Shown: positions 1 to 8,465 of the stretch, one piece after another
Layout of the letters: every line of letters begins with the position of its first letter
Position numbering within the stretch: the stretch's first letter is position 1
NCBI GenBank assembly: GCA_964504875.1
Contig: CAZDFJ010000010.1
Location: 1,161-65,160 of the forward strand
Reading direction: 5' to 3'
Source of the DNA: an uncultured Burkholderiales bacterium
Lineage (GTDB): Bacteria; Pseudomonadota; Gammaproteobacteria; Burkholderiales; CAZDFJ01
DNA length: 64,000 bases
Translations under genes and position numbers: made by a program
The notes under the pieces: model-generated
Seen by the model: the letters and a program-made list of their open reading frames with translations, nothing else
Database searches by the model: none
What the model was told of the DNA's origin: nothing

Positions 1-74
1 CGCTTCCGTGTGAGGCGCTTGCTATTCTTGCATCAAATTTACCTATTTTAATTTAATTAAATCATTTATTTTCT

Positions 75-959
75 ATGCATTTATATAAAAAATTAGGGGC
101 TTCGCTTTACATTCCCGCTACCCACCCAGATTTATTATCCATAGCAAATGGTGAAAAACTCAAATTAAAATCAATGATTTTTTGTTTGGAAGATAGTATT
201 GCATTGCACGATGTGCCCCGTGCTTTGTTACATCTTGCCCATGTTTTATCTGCCATGACTGCCCACAGCGAGGCCTTACGTTTTGTACGCGTTCGACATC
301 CAGAAATGCTTATGCAGATTCTTGCGCTGTCTGGGTCGGAAAAATTGACAGGCTTTGTTTTACCCAAATTTACAGAAAAAAATTTACCGGAATACCAAAA
401 AGCTTGTCTTCACACAACGCATTGGCTTATGCCAACATTGGAAACCATAGAAGTTTTTGATGAACAAGCGATGATTTCTTTACGAAATTGTCTTTTAAAT
501 TCACCTTTACGGACACGAATTTTGGCCCTGCGGATTGGTGGAAATGATTTATTGGCCTTATTAGGATTAAGACGTCAAGCAGATTTAACCATTTACGATA
601 CGCCCCTCGGCATTTTAATCGCGCGGTTAGTTTTTTGTTTTCGACCATATGGCTTTGAACTTTCTGCGCCTGTTTTTGAGCAAATTGATAATAAAAACAA
701 ATTATTAGCTGAAATTAAACAGGATTTGTCTTATGGATTGATCAGTAAAACAGCCATTCATCCGCAGCAAATACCATGGATTGAATCTTGCTACGCAGTT
801 CCAAAAAATGAGCTGGAAATGGCTCAAGCGATTTTAATGTCTTCTTGTCCTGCTGTGTTCAAAATGCATGGGGCAATGTGTGAAGTTGCCACCCATCATG
901 CATGGGCAAAGAATTTAACATCTCAAGCAGAAATCTTTGGTTTAATTTCAACACAATAA
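75..959 (+). CDS. HpcH/HpaI aldolase / citrate-lyase beta (CitE)-like family protein
   Basis: 294-aa ORF. CitE/HpcH-like landmarks occur in the expected order: LYIPATHPDL, FCLEDSI (DLED-type motif), VRVRH, FVLPKF, LETIEVF, RIGGNDLLALLGL, KTAIHPQQIP. A 26-nt palindromic terminator follows. Confidence 0.6.
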   Translation: MHLYKKLGASLYIPATHPDLLSIANGEKLKLKSMIFCLEDSIALHDVPRALLHLAHVLSAMTAHSEALRFVRVRHPEMLMQILALSGSEKLTGFVLPKFTEKNLPEYQKACLHTTHWLMPTLETIEVFDEQAMISLRNCLLNSPLRTRILALRIGGNDLLALLGLRRQADLTIYDTPLGILIARLVFCFRPYGFELSAPVFEQIDNKNKLLAEIKQDLSYGLISKTAIHPQQIPWIESCYAVPKNELEMAQAILMSSCPAVFKMHGAMCEVATHHAWAKNLTSQAEIFGLISTQ

Positions 960-965
960 AAAAAA

Positions 966-991
966 ACAGGAAAGTCCATGGACTTTCCTGT
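966..991. terminator. bidirectional terminator between convergent CitE-like and acyl-CoA synthetase genes
   Basis: Perfect 26-nt palindrome ACAGGAAAGTCCATGGACTTTCCTGT. The upstream A8 run gives a strong U-run on the minus strand; the plus-strand tail is weaker. Confidence 0.8.
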
Positions 992-1034
992 CTTTAGATC
1001 AAAGCATCAGAAAAACTTTTAATAAGTCGTCTTA

Positions 1035-2687
1035 TTATTTACCGTTTAAATCACGCGCTTGTTCACGTAATACAAACTTTTGGATCTTACCTGTAGAGGT
1101 TTTTGGTAAAGAGCAAAAGACCACAGTTTTAGGTGCTTTAAAGTGAGCCATTTGAGTGCGGCAGAACTGAATAATATCATCGCCTGTCACATTGCCTTCT
1201 GCACTTGGTTTTAATGTGATGAAAGCGCATGGTGTTTCACCCCATTTTTCGTCAGGGCGGGCAACTACAGCAGCCTCTAAGATTGCAGGATGACGATACA
1301 AGACATCTTCCACTTCCACTGTTGAGATATTTTCACCACCAGAAATGATAATATCTTTAGAGCGATCTTTAATTTGAACATAACCATCTGGATGCCAAAC
1401 CGCCAAGTCACCTGTATGGAACCACCCGCCTTCAAATGATTCTTCTGTAGCTCGTGGGTTTTTGAGGTAACCTTTCATAATGTTATTACCACGCATGAAG
1501 ATCTCACCCATGGATTTTCCATCTTTCGGAACGGGGCTTAAATCTTTTGGATCTGCGACCATCAAGCCTTCTAACATGGGGTAACGGACCCCTTGACGAG
1601 ATTTCAGTTCAGATTGCTCATCTAAGGATAAAGCATTCCATTCTTCATGCCATGCACACACTACGGCTGGACCGTAACTTTCTGTCAAGCCATAAACATG
1701 CGTCAGTTTGAAGCCCATTTTTTCCATCCCTGCGATAATTGCAGCAGGTGGCGCCGCACCAGCAATCAAGCTACGCACAACGTGATTCAATCCTTGTTTC
1801 ATCTCATCTGGTGCGTTAATCAAGAGATTATGAACAATTGGCGCACCGCACATATGTGTCACATGATTTGTTTTAATTAAATCAAAAATGTGATCTGCAC
1901 GAACTGCACGTAAGCAAACATTTGTTCCTGCAACGACAGCGATTGTCCATGGAAAGCACCAGCCGTTACAATGGAACATAGGTAATGTCCATAAGTAAGT
2001 AGCATGTAAAGGCATTTCCCACGTAACTGTATTACTTACAGCATTTAAGTACGCCCCACGATGATGATAGACAACCCCTTTTGGATTTCCTGTCGTACCG
2101 GAAGTGTAATTTAACGTAATGGCTTGCCATTCGTCATCTGGTAAAGACCATTCAAAACCTGGATCACCAGTTTCGAGGAAAGCTTCATAATCTGTTTCCC
2201 CAATTTGATATTCTAACCCTTGTGGACCATACGGATCATTAATATCAACAACGATTGGACGATGTTGCATCAAACGCAATGCACGACGAACGACATCTGC
2301 AAATTCACCGTCCACAAAGACAACTTTCGCCTCACCATGTTCTAACATGAACGCAATGGCTTCAGCGTCTAATCGCGTATTTAATGTGTTTAAAACCGCA
2401 CCCAACATGGGCACACCAAAGTGCGCCTCAAAAATCATTGGGATATTAGGTGCCATCACAGCAACGGTATCACCGACCCCAATCCCACGTTGTTTCAATG
2501 CAGAAGCCAGACGACGGCAACGGGCATAGGTTTCTGCCCATGTCCGTTTGATTTCACCATGAATCACAGCCAATTTATTAGGATAAACTGACGCAGAACG
2601 TTCCATGAAAGTCAATGGAGAAAGTTGCACAAAATTAGCATCTGTCCGATCTAAGCCAAATTCATAAGGGTTATGTGTTGTATTCAA
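1035..2687 (-). CDS. AMP-dependent acyl-CoA synthetase/ligase (substrate not assignable)
   Basis: 550-aa ORF with adenylate-forming enzyme motifs YTSGTTGNPKGV, YGLTESYG, TGDLAV...DRSKDIIISGGENIS and C-terminal PKTSTGKIQK. Confidence 0.85.
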   Translation of the reverse strand: MNTTHNPYEFGLDRTDANFVQLSPLTFMERSASVYPNKLAVIHGEIKRTWAETYARCRRLASALKQRGIGVGDTVAVMAPNIPMIFEAHFGVPMLGAVLNTLNTRLDAEAIAFMLEHGEAKVVFVDGEFADVVRRALRLMQHRPIVVDINDPYGPQGLEYQIGETDYEAFLETGDPGFEWSLPDDEWQAITLNYTSGTTGNPKGVVYHHRGAYLNAVSNTVTWEMPLHATYLWTLPMFHCNGWCFPWTIAVVAGTNVCLRAVRADHIFDLIKTNHVTHMCGAPIVHNLLINAPDEMKQGLNHVVRSLIAGAAPPAAIIAGMEKMGFKLTHVYGLTESYGPAVVCAWHEEWNALSLDEQSELKSRQGVRYPMLEGLMVADPKDLSPVPKDGKSMGEIFMRGNNIMKGYLKNPRATEESFEGGWFHTGDLAVWHPDGYVQIKDRSKDIIISGGENISTVEVEDVLYRHPAILEAAVVARPDEKWGETPCAFITLKPSAEGNVTGDDIIQFCRTQMAHFKAPKTVVFCSLPKTSTGKIQKFVLREQARDLNGK

Positions 2688-2866
2688 TCAAGTATCCTCC
2701 AATACTTTATTATTTCACTGCGTTAAGCGCGTGCTTTTTTGGCAACGCGTTAACAGACCAAACTAAAAAATTAGTTTTTTTCGCATCTATTAGTCATATC
2801 TTAACGCTTTTTGCATAATTTTACAATTACAGCTTGAATTTATTGCATTGCAACAAAATGTAGCAT

Positions 2867-5611
2867 TTAACTAAAAATTTGTTGCCATAAGTTTTTAACT
2901 GCTTGAATTTGTGTTGTTATTTCTGTTGCATTCAGACGGGCTTTTGCATTACCTTGTAACCGTAATTCATGCTGTTTTCTTCTAAAAAACCGATATGCAT
3001 CTTGTACATTGGTAGCTAATTCTGAACTAATTAACCCTATTTTTCCTGCGGTTTCAAGCAGTGCAATATTACCACTATTCTTAGTTAATTCAATATATTG
3101 GTGTGAATAAGCTAAAACTAAATATTGGACAATAAATTCCACATCAATAATGCCCCCCCGATCGTGCTTTAAATCAAATAATGCGGTCATATTAGTATGA
3201 GATTGTGACATTTTTTCACGCATTTTTAAAATCTCTTCTTTTAAGCTTAAAAGATCACGGGGAATTTTTAAAATTTCTGTTCGAATATGTTCAAATTGCT
3301 CGCCAACCCGTGTGTTTCCGGCCGCAAAACGTGCTCGCGTTAACGCTTGATGCTCCCACGTCCAGGCTTCTTTTTCTTGATAGCGTTTGAAAGCTTGGAC
3401 AGTACTCACAAGTAATCCACTTGAGCCGTTTGGACGAAGGCGCAAATCAGTTTCATATAAGACCCCAGCTGAAGTCACATTACTCATCCATGTATTTAAC
3501 CGCTGTGCCAAACGGGCATAAGTTTCACTTGCGCTTTGGTCTTCATCATCGTATAAGAAAATAATATCTAAATCGGAGGCATAACCTAGTTCTTTGCCGC
3601 CTAACTTCCCATATCCTATAATAGCAAAATTTAATGTATTCGAATGCTTAAGTTTCAGATTTTTCCATGCAATTTGTAAAATTTCTTCCAAAATAATATC
3701 TGCAAGTAAACTTAAATGATCGCTGAGCGCCTCAACCGAAAGTAATCCAGCTAAGTCTTGTGCAATTAATTTAAATTGTTCTGCATGTTTGAAATGACGT
3801 AAAGTATCCAATTGTGTTTCTACATCGCCCTCTAATTGAAGAAGACGATTTTTCAAGTGTTCACGGGCATTTTCCCAATGGGGCAAATCATAAAGTCGCT
3901 GTGTATCAATGAGTTCGTCTAACAAAATTGGCTGGCGGGTAAGATATTCTGCGGCCCATGGGCTGGCACTACATAATTTTGCCAGTCGATTTAACGATTG
4001 TGGATATTCCAAGAGTAATGCTAAATAAGATTCACGACGACTAATATTCTCTAATAATGTCAAAATACGTTGTAACGTTTCAGTTGCGTTTTCAAAGCGC
4101 CCTGCAACTTCCAAAAAGGGAGGAACTAAGGCATCAAAACGCGTCCGGTTTTTAACAGCTAATTGTTGATAGCGGTGACTTTGCCGAATACTATGTAATG
4201 AGGATAAAATGCCAGAAATCTCAGCAGATGGATACCCTGCTGTCATTAATTGAGCGGTCGCGACTTCCTGATCGAGCAGATCTTGCCAAAGTGCGGTCAA
4301 GGGGTGTTGCGTTTGATCATTTTGTGGCGCTCCCAAAATTTGTTCAAAATAAGAAGAAACTTGCTGGCGTAATCGATTAAGATTGGTGAAAAAAACATCA
4401 TAATTTTCATAACCTAAACTTTGCGCTAATCCTTCTTGCTGAACCGAATTTTCTGGCAATGTCTGGGTTTGTTGGTCATCGTAATATTGCAAACGATGCT
4501 CAATATTACGAAGCAAAACATAGGCTTCTTTTAGTGTTGTGACCACATTGGGCGCAATCAAATTCAGTGAACTCAAATGGTCCAAAACAGTTAATGTGGG
4601 TCGCATCCGTAATGATCGTTCACGGCCCCCGCGAATTAACTGAAAAACCTGGGCAATAAATTCAATTTCACGAATCCCTCCTGGACCTAACTTAATATTA
4701 TTAAATCGATCTTTACGTTGGACTTCTTGCATAATTTGGTGGTGCAAATCTCGCATCGAATCATAGGCGCCATAATCTAAATATTTACGAAAAACAAAGG
4801 GTTGCACGATTTGCATCAAGTCATGTTGATCCGCTTCATCATCGGGACAACGCACTGTATTTAAAATACGGCCCTTAATCCATGCATAGCGTTCCCATTC
4901 TCGCCCTTGTGTAAATAAATAATGTTCTAACATTGCAAAATTGCAAACAAGCGGGCCGCTGTCTCCATTTGGACGAAGGCGCATATCTACCCGAAAAACA
5001 AAGCCATCTCCCGTTAATTCATGTAACGCATTAATTAGTTTTTTTGCCAGTTTAGTGAAATATTCGAAATGACTAATTGTTTTTTTGGGTCTGGCCAGGT
5101 TGACGGTTTCGCCTTCTTCTGGATAAACGAAAATTAAATCAATATCAGAAGAAACATTGAGTTCCCGACCGCCCAATTTACCCATCCCAACAACAAGCAT
5201 TTTTTGCTCTTTTTGGGATGTTTCACTCATAGGTTTGCCGTATAAACGCTGTAATGAAGTCGTGAAATAATCTAAAGCATAATTCACAGTGATTTCTGCC
5301 AAATCCGTAACCGTACTGACGACTTCGCTCAAATCGGCCATATGAAATAAATCGCGCGCAATTAAACGGAGCATTACGCTTCGCCGCAATAAGCGGAGGT
5401 GCGCTTTCAGATGATTTTCATCAAATTCACCGCTTTTTTGGGCGGCTGTCTGCAAAAATGCGTTCATTTCGTCACGGGAAAAAACGCGTGGCAATCCTTC
5501 TAAAAAAACGGCTTGCGCGGTTTCCCGATCCTCCAAATAGCGTTTTGCATATAAACTTGCTTCAAACAAAGTTGGAAAAGAAAAAGTGGAAAAACAATGT
5601 GTCGTCGCCAT
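2867..5611 (-). CDS. glnE: bifunctional glutamine synthetase adenylyltransferase / adenylyl-removing enzyme
   Basis: About 914 aa with two nucleotidyltransferase repeats (GMGKLGGRELNVSSDIDLIFVY and GYGKLGGKELGYASDLDIIFLY). The ORF-track start at 5632 is TTG. I prefer the ATG at 5611, which has AGGA 5 nt upstream. Confidence 0.9.
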   Translation of the reverse strand: MATTHCFSTFSFPTLFEASLYAKRYLEDRETAQAVFLEGLPRVFSRDEMNAFLQTAAQKSGEFDENHLKAHLRLLRRSVMLRLIARDLFHMADLSEVVSTVTDLAEITVNYALDYFTTSLQRLYGKPMSETSQKEQKMLVVGMGKLGGRELNVSSDIDLIFVYPEEGETVNLARPKKTISHFEYFTKLAKKLINALHELTGDGFVFRVDMRLRPNGDSGPLVCNFAMLEHYLFTQGREWERYAWIKGRILNTVRCPDDEADQHDLMQIVQPFVFRKYLDYGAYDSMRDLHHQIMQEVQRKDRFNNIKLGPGGIREIEFIAQVFQLIRGGRERSLRMRPTLTVLDHLSSLNLIAPNVVTTLKEAYVLLRNIEHRLQYYDDQQTQTLPENSVQQEGLAQSLGYENYDVFFTNLNRLRQQVSSYFEQILGAPQNDQTQHPLTALWQDLLDQEVATAQLMTAGYPSAEISGILSSLHSIRQSHRYQQLAVKNRTRFDALVPPFLEVAGRFENATETLQRILTLLENISRRESYLALLLEYPQSLNRLAKLCSASPWAAEYLTRQPILLDELIDTQRLYDLPHWENAREHLKNRLLQLEGDVETQLDTLRHFKHAEQFKLIAQDLAGLLSVEALSDHLSLLADIILEEILQIAWKNLKLKHSNTLNFAIIGYGKLGGKELGYASDLDIIFLYDDEDQSASETYARLAQRLNTWMSNVTSAGVLYETDLRLRPNGSSGLLVSTVQAFKRYQEKEAWTWEHQALTRARFAAGNTRVGEQFEHIRTEILKIPRDLLSLKEEILKMREKMSQSHTNMTALFDLKHDRGGIIDVEFIVQYLVLAYSHQYIELTKNSGNIALLETAGKIGLISSELATNVQDAYRFFRRKQHELRLQGNAKARLNATEITTQIQAVKNLWQQIFS

Positions 5612-5753
5612 AATGATCCTTATTTTTGTCAAAATGAAAGTACTATGATTTGTATCTTAAAACAATTTTGTCACGAATTCATCGTCTCAGTTGATTAAAT
5701 TGTGATATATTTTTTATTTTTCTTCATTGAATTTTTTTATGAGCGAAGACAAT

Positions 5754-7841
5754 ATGTCTGAAATCACAACAAATCCTCTCTTAGATTTTTCCGGCTTGCC
5801 TAAGTTTAATGTCATTCAACCCAATCATGTCACCCCTGCAATTGATGCTTTATTGACAGACGCACAAGCACAAATTGATCAGCTTGTCAAAATGCGGGCT
5901 CACCCGACTTGGCAAAATTTTGTGCGACCTCTTTTTGATGCAACCGAAAAACTGGGGCGCGTTTGGGGACAAGTACAACACTTACATTCTGTCGTGGATA
6001 CGGCCGCTTTACGTGAAGTTTATAACGAAAATCTGCCTAAACTGAGTACATTTTGGACAGCCTTAGGTCAAAATGAAGGCTTGCTTAAACAATTTAGAAA
6101 ATTACGTCAAAGCCCCAAATTTGAACAGCTCAATTTAGTGCAACAAAAAGTTGTCGAAAATGAACTCCGTGATTTCCGTTTGGGTGGGGCAGAACTACCC
6201 GATGCTCAAAAACAACGTTTTATGGAAATCCAAGCAAATTTAGCAACATTAGGGGCAAAATTTGGTGAGCATGTGTTAGACGCGACCAATCAATATCAAA
6301 TGTTTATTGAAAAAGAGGCAGATCTTGCTGGTTTACCTGCAGATGTGATTGCGGCCTCAAAAGCTTTAGCGGTCGCTTTGGAAAAACCAAATACATGGGT
6401 TTTTACGTTGCATGCCCCGTCTTATATTCCTTTTATGCAATATGCAGAGGCGCGCCGCCTCCGCGAACAATTGTATAAAGCGTACGTAACCCGTGCGAGC
6501 GAATTTGGCGCACCGGAATTAGATAATTCTCACATTATTTTGGACACTTTACCCCTCCGACATGAAGAGGCCCAATTGTTAGGGTTCAAAAATTATGCAG
6601 AATTGTCACTTGAAACTAAAATGGCCGAATCTCCTGAAAAAGTTCTGGCCTTTTTGCGTGAAATTGCTCAAAAAGCCCGGCCTTTTGCGGAAAAAGACAA
6701 ACAAGAATTGGACGAATTTGCGCGCCAAGAATTAGATATTCACAAATTAGAAGCATGGGATACCATGTATGCCAGTGAAAAATTGCGTAAAGCGCGTTAC
6801 GATTTTTCTGAACAAGAAGTGAAACAATATTTTCAAGAACCTCGTGTCTTGGAGGGGTTGTTTGGTTTACTTGAAAAACTTTATCAAGTACAAATTAAAC
6901 AAGATCAAAGCGTGGCAACATGGCATCCCGATGTGAAATTTTTTGAGCTGCGCAAAAATGATACGCCTATTGGTGGGATGTACGTCGATCTCTATGCGCG
7001 TCCTGCCAAACGTGGGGGGGCGTGGATGGATGAAGTCATCAATCGAAAACGTCTTGATGCAAATAATCTTCAACTTCCTATTGCGCATTTGGTTTGCAAT
7101 TTTTCTGCGCCAGTTGGAGAAAAACCGGCTTGTTTTAGCCATAATGAAGTGATTACGCTTTTTCATGAAGCGGGACATGTGTTGCATCATTTGATGACGC
7201 GGATTGAAGAGCCGGGTGTTAATGGCATTCATGGGGTTGAGTGGGATGCAGTTGAATTGCCTAGTCAATTCATGGAAAACTGGTGTTGGGAATGGCAAGT
7301 CTTAAGTGAAATGACTGCACATATTGACACAAATGAAACTTTACCTCGTCCGTTATATAACAAAATGATTGCGGCGAAAAATTTTCAAGCAGGTTTGATG
7401 ACGCTCAGACAGATTGAATTTGCGTTAGTTGATATGCAATTACATGCTGATTTTGATCCGGCTGCTCCGCTTGATCCGTTAGATTTATTAGACAAAATTC
7501 GTGCTGAAATTGCGGTGTTAATCCCGCCAACTTATAATCGCTTTTTGAATACATTTACGCATATTTTTGCGGGCGGTTATGCAGCAGGTTATTATTCTTA
7601 CAAATGGGCTGAAGTTTTATCTGCTGATGCTTATGCCCGTTTTGAAGAAGAAGGTTTATTTAATCACATAGTCAGTGAGAGTTTCTTACGTGAAATATTA
7701 AGTGTAGGAGGCAGTCGTTCTGCTTTAGAATCTTTTACCGCTTTCCGTGGCCGTGAACCACAAATTGATGCTTTATTGCGTCATGCGGGCATGATTGGTG
7801 ATACAAACGCATCTGAAGAAAGTCTTGAAACTGTCTCTTAA
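5754..7841 (+). CDS. prlC: oligopeptidase A (M3 zinc metallopeptidase)
   Basis: HEXXH zinc site FHEAGHVLHH (HEAGH = nt 7164-7178). N-terminus MSEITTNPLLDFSGLP is typical of PrlC. In-frame TTG 5727 and ATG 5739 are alternative starts. Confidence 0.9.
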   Translation: MSEITTNPLLDFSGLPKFNVIQPNHVTPAIDALLTDAQAQIDQLVKMRAHPTWQNFVRPLFDATEKLGRVWGQVQHLHSVVDTAALREVYNENLPKLSTFWTALGQNEGLLKQFRKLRQSPKFEQLNLVQQKVVENELRDFRLGGAELPDAQKQRFMEIQANLATLGAKFGEHVLDATNQYQMFIEKEADLAGLPADVIAASKALAVALEKPNTWVFTLHAPSYIPFMQYAEARRLREQLYKAYVTRASEFGAPELDNSHIILDTLPLRHEEAQLLGFKNYAELSLETKMAESPEKVLAFLREIAQKARPFAEKDKQELDEFARQELDIHKLEAWDTMYASEKLRKARYDFSEQEVKQYFQEPRVLEGLFGLLEKLYQVQIKQDQSVATWHPDVKFFELRKNDTPIGGMYVDLYARPAKRGGAWMDEVINRKRLDANNLQLPIAHLVCNFSAPVGEKPACFSHNEVITLFHEAGHVLHHLMTRIEEPGVNGIHGVEWDAVELPSQFMENWCWEWQVLSEMTAHIDTNETLPRPLYNKMIAAKNFQAGLMTLRQIEFALVDMQLHADFDPAAPLDPLDLLDKIRAEIAVLIPPTYNRFLNTFTHIFAGGYAAGYYSYKWAEVLSADAYARFEEEGLFNHIVSESFLREILSVGGSRSALESFTAFRGREPQIDALLRHAGMIGDTNASEESLETVS

Positions 7842-7880
7842 AATTATGATGTAATTGAATTAAATCTTTATTTGAGAAAG

Positions 7881-7908
7881 CGCATCACAATTGTGATGCG
7901 TTTTTTTT
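7881..7908 (+). terminator. Rho-independent terminator of prlC
   Basis: Perfect 20-nt palindrome cgcatcacaa/ttgtgatgcg (7881-7900) followed by T8 (7901-7908). Confidence 0.85.
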
Positions 7909-7998
7909 CTTTATTTTGTGATAAGTTGTGTTACTCTACAGAAATGACAAATCATAGGCTATTTTTGGCTCAAAAAACAAGGGGAAGGGGAAAAAATA

Positions 7999-8433
7999 AT
8001 GTTCAAAAAATGGATGGTAATGTTAAGCTTATCGTGTTTAACCTGTTCACTGGCTCCCGCCGCGCACGCTGCGGAAAATTGGCTTGAAATGTCCAATAAC
8101 CAAGAAGAAGGTGAGAGCATTTCAATGGATGTCAATAGCTTAAAACGTCTCAAAAATGGTAATCTGGCGGTGTCTCTCAAAATGAGTTATGACAAAAAAC
8201 CAAATGATTTATTTCAAATGGGCTTGCCTTTATCTAAAGTGCTGATGCATCTTGAAATTAAATGTAGTGAAAAAGCCGTCCAACGCCTTCGAATGGAATT
8301 ATTTAAATATAATAGTAAACAAGTCGGACAATTGAATTTTGCGGATGACAATATTCAATTTGGTGGCGGGGATAATTCGCGCGAAATGGCAACAGGAATT
8401 TGTGATTTAGCAAAAATTAAAATGGGTAAATAA
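7999..8433 (+). CDS. small secreted protein of unknown function
   Basis: 144-aa ORF. A purine-rich SD (ggggaagggg, 7981-7990) lies 8 nt upstream of the ATG. N-terminal signal peptide MFKKWMVMLSLSCLTCSLAPAAHA/AE. Terminators bracket it on both sides. Confidence 0.65.
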   Translation: MFKKWMVMLSLSCLTCSLAPAAHAAENWLEMSNNQEEGESISMDVNSLKRLKNGNLAVSLKMSYDKKPNDLFQMGLPLSKVLMHLEIKCSEKAVQRLRMELFKYNSKQVGQLNFADDNIQFGGGDNSREMATGICDLAKIKMGK

Positions 8434-8440
8434 TCAAAAA

Positions 8441-8465
8441 ACCCACCGTATGGTGGGTCATTTTT
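8441..8465. terminator. bidirectional terminator between convergent genes
   Basis: Stem acccacc / ggtgggt with gtat loop (8441-8458). An A-run lies upstream and ttttt downstream, so it reads as hairpin plus U-run on both strands. Confidence 0.8.

Noticed and set aside
2720-2753. GCGTTAA direct repeat and imperfect hairpin (cgcgtgc-ttttttg-gcaacgcg) between glnE and the acyl-CoA synthetase gene.
   Set aside because: The stem is short and bulged with no U-run on the relevant (minus) strand. The repeat is only 7 bp, which is not enough to call a terminator or operator.
6867-7298. 143-aa minus-strand ORF inside prlC. The same applies to the other antisense ORFs listed in the track: 107-367, 1647-1880, 21749-22405, 26457-26842, 27053-27400, 33234-33440, 49360-49761, 49907-50215, 51654-51962, 54552-54914, 55479-55853, 58111-59229 and 63604-63933.
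   Set aside because: Each lies entirely within a strongly supported gene on the opposite strand or in another frame. None has a recognisable motif or ribosome-binding site. Their composition is what one expects from the complement of real coding sequence.
7872-8087. 71-aa plus-strand ORF overlapping the prlC terminator and the start of the secreted-protein gene.
   Set aside because: It starts with TTG inside the terminator hairpin region and has no SD. The overlapping 7999-8433 frame has a good SD and a signal peptide.
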